In this document: positions 54,551 through 64,000 of the stretch, piece by piece
How positions within the stretch are numbered: the first letter of the stretch is position 1
Layout: each line of letters opens with the position of its first letter
Source: Euprymna scolopes
Taxonomy: Eukaryota
DNA: 64,000 nucleotides
Strand: one strand, 5' to 3'
Assembly: GCA_053919585.1 (NCBI GenBank)
Contig: CM132825.1
Made by a program: the position numbers and the translations under genes
Notes under the pieces: model-generated
Told to the model about the DNA's origin: nothing
The model's input: the letters and a program-made list of their open reading frames with translations, nothing else
The model's database searches: none

Positions 54551-54747
54551 GATATACATATAGTCGTCATGATCATTGAGGATTTATGCCATTGTGGACA
54601 CATCTTAAATTTAAAAGTTGCACAGGTGCCACAGCAAATGACTGTCTCTTCTACAAATTGTGTGTATTGGATTGTTTTCCTTTTTTATTCATGTTAAATC
54701 CATTTATTCGTGCCCTTCATCATGTGTTGAATTGTTTTATATATATA

Positions 54748-55542
54748 CTAGCATGGGTGCCTGGCATTGGCCGGGTGTTTGGAGGTGTATGTTGAGGGAA
54801 AACAAAAAAAAAGTGGTAGTAGAAAGGCAGGCTCAAACCCGTACCGCAAAGGAGGAAAAGAACGAGGAAAAAAATTGACGTCTTTGCTGTTACAACCACC
54901 GCCAAACCAGAAGTGACGTAGGTTTTAACTAAGGCTAGACAATCGAACGGAGAGGATGACATTAAAAAATATTGGCAAAAAAAGCGACCTCCACCCCCTG
55001 TAGAAAAGTGCCCAGCTGCAGGTGAAGTTATTAATGTTTTTAGCCAATTTTTCGATATTTGTCGTCTGAAAGGTTGAACTTCGTGACATGCAAACATACA
55101 TACATTTATATATTGGTAACTCAAATTTTCGACCCAAACCGATTAAAAAGCTGGCCCTATCTCTGAATACCCTTTATGTCAAATTTCAAATGTTTGGACC
55201 AGAAATTGTCTGAGTAATTTGGTAGAGACCAAAGCAGTAAAATTTTTAAAAACTTTGACCCCTTAAAATTTATTGTTTTGGGCTCAAATCAAGTTATTAA
55301 GTTAGGACCATGTCCAAGGAACCTATATCTAAAATTTCAAGTGTTTAGACCCAAAATTGGTGGAGGAGTTTGTAGTTTTCAAAGGTCAAATCATTGAACT
55401 TTGACCCCTTAGAAGCCAAATTTCTTGCTGAAAACTGATTACAAAGATTTTCCCAAATCTGAATACCCTGTATATCAAATTTCGAGTCTGGAGACTGAAA
55501 ATTGGCAGAGTTATTGCGTAGGGAAATATACACAGACTTTCA

Positions 55543-55550
<8 letters not shown>
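54748..55550 (-). mobile_element. Non-autonomous Helitron, same family
   Basis: CTAG at 54748-54751 plus the hairpin. Collinear with 20203-21054. Flanked by (TA)n. Confidence 0.85.
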
Positions 55551-55578
<28 letters not shown>

Positions 55579-55630
55579 CATACACGTGCATACATACATA
55601 TATATATATACACACACACCCACATATATA

Positions 55631-55890
55631 TATGACAGAATCAAGTTCACACACAGGTTTTAGTTAAGCAATGTACTGCTTTGTCAATACAAGGTGGTTG
55701 ACCATTTGGGAACACCAGATGCTGTATGTATGTAGGATGCTATCAACATCTGCATGCAAGGGCAGCAAAAACTTATAGCTGTCATTTACACTGTTTGAGA
55801 TATGCAGGTGACTGAAGATAGACTGTGAATTGAATATTCCCTTGATTCATCCTGCCTTGAGTGAGTGCCATAAAACTAACAAACAAGTAA
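55631..55890 (+). mobile_element. Older 5S-derived SINE or 5S pseudogene
   Basis: AGTTAAGCAATGT...GGTTGACCATTTGGGAACACCAGATGCTGTA resembles the 3' half of 5S rRNA. Confidence 0.65.
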
Positions 55891-56499
55891 TGATTTTCTT
55901 CTATACGTTGATGTTCAACAGGTTTTCATTTACATATTGCATACATATATAGTAATAAGTAAAACCTTTTAGATATTTTTTAAAATCTTTTACACATACA
56001 GAATAAGGAGTATATCTCTATGATTTGCTGTTATAAATCATGTCTGTGAGAAAGAGGTTGCAGAGAAGATAGATTGAGGTCAATCAAATTAGATACATTT
56101 CTGCAGTTTATCAAATGGGACAGAGATTATCCAACCCAAATATGACAACAATACTCCATAGATAACTTTTAATAAAAAATATATTTGAAAAATAAACATA
56201 ACTTAAAAAAAATAAATGCTAGAAAAAATTCTTTTTATTCAATTTTCATTAAAGATAATTCAGTATTTTGATTAAAAAAAAAAAATGAGACTAGTTTTTC
56301 TATTTATCTGTTTATATAATCCAATTTGAGTATTTTGTATACAGTTTATATTGAAATAGACAAAATATTATACAAAAAATACTATCACTTGTAAATCAGT
56401 GGCATAATTCTGATAAATTGTTAAAAGAAAACCAGATATATTTGCTTTTTTATGTAATGAATCTGTTCAATTGTTTTAACAAATTTATATTTTACAAGC

Positions 56500-57002
56500 A
56501 AAAATATCTCAAAAACTTTTTACTGGTGACAGATCCTCACGAAATCGGTATTGTTTTAAAGCTCGACCTTTCGAACAACAAATATGGAAAAATTGGCCAA
56601 AAAAGATTAATTCCTTCACCCTAAACTGGGCAATTTTCAACAAGGAGGAGTTGGTTTTTTGCATCACCATTTTTGCAAGTCATCGTATCAGATTGACTTT
56701 GCTTAATTCTGAACTTCCAGTCAGACTGTGGAGACATCGGTAAAGACATCACTTTTTTTTTTTCTTTCCTCTTTCTGCCTGACTACTACCACTATGTTTT
56801 TTTCTCTCTCCACCCAAATTGCATACTGTTGTCCCTGCCCCCACTACAAATTTTTTACCCCACCACCCATCCCCCCAGTTTCTTACTCAACCCAAGCAAC
56901 ACTGGGGAACCCCACTACTATATCACTTTTTACAAACACCTTTACCCCCCTCCTCTCCCCAGGTCCTTACTACACCTACACACACCCGGGCAATACCGGG
57001 TA
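56500..57002 (+). mobile_element. Diverged Helitron 3' portion
   Basis: 56500-56625 is the reverse complement of ~20420-20540. Hairpin ACCCGGGCAATACCGGGT at ~56984-57001. Confidence 0.6.
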
Positions 57003-57242
57003 TCCCCCTCCCCACCACCCAGGGTACCCCCCCCCAGTTTTAATATAAATGTTAATAGTGAAAGTGTTAATATCTGAATGAATTTAAATGAAAATATAAA
57101 TATTTGTATCCATTGTTAAAACAAAAGGTAAAATATGCAAACAAACTTTCATAGGTATTTTATACTTGAGATTTTGTGATATTTTTCTTTATTAGACATT
57201 TTCTTGTGTTAAAAAAATTGTAACATTTATTATATAAAATAC

Positions 57243-57356
57243 CATAAGGTGACAACGGTGTGAATGGTAGAAAAGCTGTATTATTAGTTGCTGCTCCTGC
57301 TACTGGATTGATAGATGACGACTGAACTGGTTCACTTGCTGTATTTGTAGAACTCC
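57243..57356 (-). CDS. SYVN1: SYVN1 Ser/Thr-rich exon
   Basis: tag/gtattt boundaries, 114 nt, phase 1-1. Open frame SSTNTASEPVQSSSINPVAGAATNNTAFLPFTPLSPY. Confidence 0.8.
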
Positions 57357-57628
57357 CTAAATATTAAAAAATAAAATGCTTAGTGAGAATAACTTTAAAG
57401 AAAAAATAGAAATAAAAAATAAAACAATATTTAATGGGGAAAAAGTATTCAAAGAAATTGCGAAATAATGTTTTTATATGTAATAATTATAATATAAATA
57501 ATATCAAACTTTTGAAATCATTAGTATATATTGGGCACAATATAATATTCAGTAGAGAATTGGTTCTAATAATAAATACAAAATTTGCATGAATTAAAAT
57601 ATATTTAAGCATATTTTCCATGTCATGC

Positions 57629-57660
<32 letters not shown>

Positions 57661-57692
57661 TCTTTTTTATTGATATAGACAAATTTACATGG

Positions 57693-57760
57693 TCGCGACA
57701 TTGGACATACTAATGCTTTGGACAGATGGTTGGTGAAAACCATAAATCCTCGTCAGGCGA
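57693..57760 (-). ncRNA. Hammerhead ribozyme family 2, copy with mutated GAAA
   Basis: TCGC-CTGACGA-GGA...TCC-AAAG-CATT...AATG-TC-GCGA. Stem I intact, GUC triplet, GAAA changed to AAAG. Confidence 0.6.
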
Positions 57761-57834
57761 TTTAATAAAGTTTGTCTTCCACTGGAGAAGTCCAGTTAAC
57801 AAAACTTTTTCAGTGGAAGACAAACTTTATTAAA

Positions 57835-57902
57835 TTGCCTGATGAGGATTTGTGGTCTTCACCGACCATCTGTCCAAAACATTAGCATGTCCAGTGTTGT
57901 GA
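57835..57902 (+). ncRNA. Hammerhead ribozyme family 2, copy with mutated GAAA
   Basis: TTGC-CTGATGA-GGA...TCC-AAAA-CATT...AGTG-TT-GTGA. Inverted partner of 57693-57760. Confidence 0.55.
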
Positions 57903-59410
57903 CCATGTAAATTTGTCTATATCAATAAAAAAATATTTTGCCTTTTTTTATTGAGCATACTTAATAACTTCATTAAATTCACAAGTGTTTTGTTTTTTTT
58001 ATAAATGCCTTGCAAACAACAAAAAAGATATGTACAGTGTATGGTAAACATGATAAAACTGTACAAAGATAGTTTGTAAAATTTAGAACTGAAGATTTTA
58101 GCCCTCTGGAGATGATGACCAAATTAGGAAATTAATTAAGAATGACCATGAATCAGATAGCAGAATTAGTAGAAAGGCTTAACATATTAAAAAATCCATC
58201 ATTCATAAGTAAAATCTGGGTACACAAACTGATACAAAAAGCTTTTTGATTGCATTTCTGATTTGCTTTAAAAACATAATGAAAATGCAACCTTTTTAAA
58301 AACAGATTGTTAAAGTCAATGAAAAATGGGATCATTTATGGTAATGTTGTGAGAAAATGATCCTGAAGCAAGAGGCATGTCACTCATTTGGCACAGGTCT
58401 TCACCCTAAGTAAATTATGCTTTGTGTCTAATGGGATTAAAAAGGAATGAACTTCTGCCAAGTAACCAGGCAATTAATTCTGAAAAATATGGATCATAAC
58501 TGCAGCAAAGGCAACAAATAAAAAAAAAATACCCAAAATTGACCAACAAAAATAACATTTTATCACAACAATGGGAAACCACATTAAAATATGTGTGGTT
58601 TGCCATTATTCTGAAAAAAATATGCTATTTTTGTTGGCCAACTAGACAAAAATTGTTGCATCTTCTTATTCACCCGATATTGCTACTTCAGATTACAATT
58701 TATTTAGATATTTGCGGAATAATTCTTAATTATATTCTTAATATTGCCTGTACATATTGAATGGACCTTTAATCTCATATGACTCACTCATCATTACTTA
58801 GCCATTTATCTGTTGTTCCATGGGTCCATATAGCAATCGTATGAATTTTAGATTACATTGATTGAAACATTGCAAGATGAGAACAGTAATCTGAGTAAAC
58901 CAAATCACCAGCCTCTAAAAAAATTATGAAACAGATTTATAAATTAGATAAAAAAATAATAATTAAATGTATATTTTCTAATAAGGCTATCTAGTAATTT
59001 GAGATTAAAATAAAAAATTCAATTTCATGGCTTCTAATGGCTTTATTTTTTATATTCAAATTAAAAATATTAAAAAATGGCCAACAATTTCTTCAATGTT
59101 TATAGGATTTAATTAGATTATTTTCAGATTTCTATTCCCATAAAAATAATTGTATTTGATATGACTGAACCAACAAGTTCTATCATAATTGTGGTTGAGT
59201 GCTGGTGTCACATCAAGAGAGTTATCTTAGAATGCACATAGAGGCTAAAAAGTACACCGAAGCCTGATAGGATACACAAAATATAGCCACTCTTCATGAA
59301 CGACTATTCAAGCTGATGAGGAACCACATCTTTTTCGGTGTTACTCTGTTAATACATATAGGCAGAATACAGCTGATCTAGAGTAAACTTTGACCACAAA
59401 CCTTTTTTCT

Positions 59411-59455
59411 TTCTTGGCCTTCAGGCCAAGATCAAAGTGTAATATCTGTCCTGAT
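59411..59455 (+). pseudogene. U2 snRNA 5' fragment
   Basis: TTCTTGGCCTTCAGGCCAAGATCAAAGTGTAATATCTGTCCTGAT versus U2 TTCTCGGCCTTTTGGCTAAGATCAAGTGTAGTATCTGTTCTTAT. Confidence 0.8.
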
Positions 59456-59953
59456 GCCACACTACACTTCTTTGGTCATTGTTAATGAAGGAGAAGTTCT
59501 TCATGACTGATACATTTTTAATTTTTATTACAAACCAGAGTGCCTCTATTTGGGGAGCTGGTTTCCCTCACATTAAAAACCAACCTTGTGTCTAATTCTG
59601 CCCTCGTGGAGAGGCAAGTAAAAAAAAAAAAAAAAAAAAAAAACCTTGGCCACAAATCTTAATTATTCTATAGGTAGTAGCAACTCCAGTTGCTCTCATT
59701 GATAAATCTTGTTCTAAGAAGAGCATGGCATCATAGACAATCATATATATTTGACAAAGAGAAGGTATAACTGTTTGAATTAGTGGATCACTATGGACTA
59801 TATGCAGGTTTGACATGCAGCATATATGATAAGTCTTAAGAAAAAAGAAAAAGTTTTTAATAATTCATCAATTGATGAATGACATTCCTAATTGTCTGCA
59901 TATAATATAGATATTATTAGGTGTTTGTATCAGTGATTTTTTTATGCACTCAC

Positions 59954-60082
59954 CAGCAGTAGAAGCAGTTGTAGATGGTGTAGATGGTGCTTGTGTAGAA
60001 GTTGACTGAGGTGGTGGTGGTGGAGGAGGAGGCATGTTAGCAGGACCCCACATTGGCATTGGAGGAAATCCAGGAAATATTA
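59954..60082 (-). CDS. SYVN1: SYVN1 proline-rich exon
   Basis: cag/gtgag boundaries, 129 nt, phase 1-1. Reads IFPGFPPMPMWGPANMPPPPPPPQ..., in frame with the RING exon. Confidence 0.9.
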
Positions 60083-60684
60083 CTGAAAATAAAAAGATAC
60101 TTCAGTATAATATCCAGAATATTGAAATAATTCAATTTGTTTTATCTTTTGCAAAGAAAGCTTGAGACTGACTTTTATATTTTTCTATAATTATGCAACG
60201 TCTTAAAACCTATGATGGAATATCATCTACTCATTTAATGTCCCTTTTTCCTTGATCAGGGGTCAAGTAAAATATATTGATTTATATTTTTAAGCTCAGA
60301 TTGATTATAATAAGTAAAAAGAAAGCTATCCCAAAAGGACACAACCTTTATTTGTTGATGAGTAGAGTAACAGGAAGGTGACAATGGATAATGACACAAA
60401 CCGACAACCTTGGTGTGCCAAATTCAAATCTAGTTGTTTTTTTCACTTAGGGATGTTGGCAACCCCTGCATGGTCCTTTCTGCAAGAATCAAACAGGTCA
60501 CAAAGTTGTACCATATTGATTCATATGAATTTACTTTACTAATAGAGTAATGGCCATGCAAAACTTATGTAGATTTAAGGAGATTGGATTATAAGGTTAT
60601 CCAAGATGATTACAACATCTACATATAATTTTATCTCCATTGTTAACAATGTCTACATATACCCATAATTTATAATTCAAAACT

Positions 60685-60998
60685 TTTTTCTAGAAATTTA
60701 AGGACCAAAATAAAGTAATTAAAAAAAAATATGAATAAAATCGTTTATTTTAAAGGCTGAGCCTTTCAACAAATATGTCCTCTTTGAAGTGGGACCTTTT
60801 TAGTGTCATTTTACTGTGCTTACTATGGAAATAGAAAAAAAAAACACTAGATGTATATTTTCTGTTTGTATGGGAAAGTCATCCTTCCTAAGGTTACTAC
60901 AAGTAAAATGAAAGTATCAGCCTTTAAAAAAGATTTTATTGAACATTTTTTTTAAAGAAATTACATTATTTTTTTGTCTCACAAATTTCTATAAAAAT
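60685..60998. mobile_element. MITE-like diverged inverted repeat
   Basis: ~75-bp arms ending TTTAAAGGCTGA / TCAGCCTTTAAA. Confidence 0.55.
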
Positions 60999-61345
60999 AC
61001 TATACAACAAAATGTTTAAGACATGACCAATTTCCTTCATAATAATAAATGTTATTAACATGCCTTAGAAGTTTGTGTTATTTAAATAGACCAAAACAAA
61101 TATTTTGTAAACATTTTAATCTTAACATTTTTATTTTATTATTAAACAACGCAAACTCTGGCCCAGCATTGTCTGGGAAAATGTTAAAATCCAAAGATCA
61201 CTTATAACACTACATTTTTGTGTTATGGTTATGGAGATATCAGTTAGATTTCTGAATATACAGAAAATGTACTGTTGACCTTAATTTTTAAATAATAAAA
61301 AAAAAGTGGTAAAAAGGAGTGGGGGGGGATGAGAAAACGCTATTG

Positions 61346-61380
<35 letters not shown>

Positions 61381-61925
61381 CAAATATTATCCTTAGAATA
61401 AACTGGAAGAAAAGAAATTAAAAGAGAAACGGAAAAAAATCATTTATAAATAGAAACATTTTTGTTTTGCATACAAATAATCTGTGCACTATCTTACATA
61501 TTAAGATTTTTAATGCAGCTTTTATTCCTGAATGGGAAAATCTAACTTTACTTTATATAGAAGATGACCCAGTAAAAATAATGAATAGAAGCTGATGTAA
61601 TGGCTACAGAATATGAAGTACTTAATTTAAAGACTAAATAGACTAATAGTTCCTAAATATTCTAAGGCTCTTACCATTTTTAAAAACTTATTTATGACAC
61701 TAAAAACTATCCATCAATTTTTAAATTTAGAAGGCTGATTAATGTCTACAAATGTATTAGAGATAATTTTGTTCAATTACAACTTAAGACCAACTCATTT
61801 GGCATAATGATTAAAATGTTTGCTAATAGACTGGATTTAATCCTCAGTAACATTTAAGTATGACTAATGGTACTTCTTAGTAACCACTTAGCATAATCAG
61901 GAGAAGGATCAAGAGTAAGTGGAGT

Positions 61926-62221
61926 CACTGCCTCCGTTCAGTATCGAAAGACAAAGGATACCTCCTGTAGGGGCAGCTGTGCGTGTAATTGTGAGGCAAG
62001 GGTCGCACAATCAGTCAACCACACCTCTCCTGAATCAACACTGTTTGAGTCTAGTGGCAAGAAGACCAGGACGACTGGAAACAATGCCAAGATAATCGGA
62101 GAGCATATACAGCACCTGGAAGTCCCAAATGGTTACCCATTTAGTACTGACCAGGTTCAATGTTGCTTAACATCGGTGATCCAATAGGAACCGGTATGTC
62201 AACGTGATTATGCCATACTAA
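61926..62221 (-). mobile_element. 5S rRNA-derived SINE (SINE3-type) nested in a tRNA SINE
   Basis: 5S-like head at 62106-62218 (CACGTTGA..ACCGGTTC..GATCACCGATGTTAAGCAAC..AGTACT..ATGGGTAACC..TGGGA..GGTGCTGTA). 10-bp TSD TAAGTGGAGT at 61916-61925 and 62222-62231. Confidence 0.88.
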
Positions 62222-62603
62222 TAAGTGGAGTAATTGTAGAAAAATAGGTGCCCATCCCTACATTTCAGTGTAGTAGCTAATGAATAGGAAAACTATAGTT
62301 GATCACTTTTTTTTTTTAAGCTAATTCAATATTTTTAAGAGAGTAGAAAGTGGACCTTGAGTTTACTTTTGGCAGCTGCATAACTTTTGCTTTCCTTATT
62401 TTTAGTTCTTACATTTTATGAGGGTTGCTTCTGACAAAGAGGGAGAATTGCTGTTTTCTGAGTTGGAATCTATCCCATCTAACACTGATCATTAGCTAGT
62501 TTTTGACCTTGAAGTGGTATATTTTTTAGCTCCTTACATCAAATGGCTTCATGCTTTGTCTCGAATGATTTCTATGAGAAAAGAAATTAAGAAAAATGTA
62601 TAC

Positions 62604-62884
62604 CATTATGTGGAAATTGTGGGTGAGGAGGCTGAAGTTGAGCCTGTGGAAGGTTTTGCTGCTGTTGTTGCTGCTGTGTTTGCGTTTGTTGTGGACGAGT
62701 TATGCGCAATACATCCATGCGACACGTTGGACAAGTTTGTTGACGCTGGAACCAAGACCTCAAACAGCTTGCATGGAAAATGTGATTGCACGGTAATTTC
62801 TTACAAGCTGTCACCATTTCTTCTCTGCATATAATGCATACGTTATCACCTGAAGATAATTCCTCAGCTGTTGCATCAGGATAT
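62604..62884 (-). CDS. SYVN1: E3 ubiquitin ligase synoviolin/HRD1, RING-H2 exon (upstream exons outside the window)
   Basis: Acceptor ttttag, donor gtatac. Translates YPDATAEELSSGDNVCIICREEMVTACKKLPCNHIFHASCLRSWFQRQQTCPTCRMDVLR, the HRD1 RING-H2 region, followed by a Q-rich stretch. Confidence 0.96.
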
Positions 62885-63141
62885 CTAAAATAAGATTTAG
62901 CAATAAATATGGAAGAGCGTAAGAAAGCTATAGCAATGCAAGAAATAGAGTGTTGAAGTGATATGACCTATGAACAAAAACAGACAAACGAATGAAGGCC
63001 TTATGTTTTTTATATCTATTTTCTAAAAATCATTTTTCATTGATCAACGGTTAACGTGCATCGGTGAAAGACCCTTTATGAGATCATATCTGTGTTAAGA
63101 TGTAGATATTTATAACTTTATACATTTTGTAATAACTCTTA

Positions 63142-63186
<45 letters not shown>

Positions 63187-64000
63187 CCTTGAAAAGAATT
63201 TTTAAATCTTCTTTAAAAAGCTTGATTTTTACTATCTATAAGTAACTAGCAGGGAGATCTGATGTTGCCAGGGATAGAATAATGATCAGTGAATGTTTCA
63301 CACACTCATTTTTATTGTCATCAAAATAAATGAAATCGTCCATTTTTCAATCAGATCAATTGATTGGCTGCTCTAGTTAGGGATGCATCACGATGCATTG
63401 AGAGAAAGTTTCACATGCCTACCTGACTTAGTCAACAATATGTTGTAGTCTACATTGCACTGTAGAGAACCTACTGTTGATTTTAGATAATTATTTTTAT
63501 ATATATAATGGCTTGAATTAAAGTTTAAAATGCAAAAATCGAGTTTCATCCTTAAATTGTGCTCTAAACAGAAAGTCATTTTGAACACATCCATGTCATA
63601 TGAAAGAACCTACTGTTGATTTTATATCTTACGCCTTTCAGTTTGTATGGTAATAAAACTTCTCATGTTAGGTTTTGTAAGGTGTTAAGGTCAAAATTGC
63701 CTGTTCCTTTTTTCATTGGATAATTTCAATTATCGATACTTATTGACGACACTCTGATACAAAACCTATGTAAGAACACTACCAGGCACATAAGTACCTT
63801 CGTGTGAAATTTTGTAAAAATTAGCACAGCCATTTTAGAGTCTGTAGACACAAAAGACATTTCACACAGACACACAGACACAATTACTTTTATATAATAG
63901 TAGAAATTCATTAAATAATACATAAAGCATTTCTCTTCTACAGTCATTTAAATCCAATGAAACAACTTTCAATTTCTATAAAATAGATAAAGAAATTTTT

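Larger units (their letters stand above)
57663..57932. repeat. Long imperfect palindrome (~128-bp arms, 14-nt spacer) of pLTR-like repeats
   Basis: 57663-57790 is the approximate reverse complement of 57805-57932. Homologous to 38045-38225. Confidence 0.9.

Noticed and set aside
56728-57077. Proline-rich + strand ORFs as a gene
   Set aside because: They arise from C-runs within a Helitron-derived repeat in a SYVN1 intron, with no splice or homology support.
59313-59350. CTGATGA hammerhead-like core (also at 3543, 12380 and 26765)
   Set aside because: No stem II followed by GAAA and stem III at the required positions.
62106-62218. Functional 5S rRNA gene
   Set aside because: Many substitutions, no oligo-T terminator, fused to a body and flanked by a TSD, so it is a SINE head.

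Overview
AT-rich metazoan (invertebrate, mollusc/cephalopod-like by repeat style; this assignment is inference) genomic DNA with spliceosomal introns and six N-gaps. No prokaryotic features or CRISPR. Two host genes lie on the minus strand. One is the 3' part of SYVN1/HRD1 (six exons, 62884 to the stop at 47023, RING-H2 to C-terminus). The other is the 5' part of GSTCD (five coding exons from ATG 13367 to 1318, continuing off the left edge). Most of the rest is transposon debris: a Neptune-type Penelope-like element (PLE), a Ty3/Gypsy element with its 3' LTR, mariner, Tc1 and DD37D elements, nested LINEs, tRNA- and 5S-derived SINEs, tandem non-autonomous Helitrons, a ~5 kb element with ~700 bp inverted repeats, and a 28-bp minisatellite. 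The most interesting signals are RNA-level. There are two distinct hammerhead ribozyme families (five copies): one intact in the PLE inverted termini, and one with an extended, covarying stem II that forms a long palindrome inside a SYVN1 intron. Also notable are a U2 snRNA fragment, 5S-derived SINEs, (TA)n tracts shared as insertion sites, and a possible orphan innexin-like exon.
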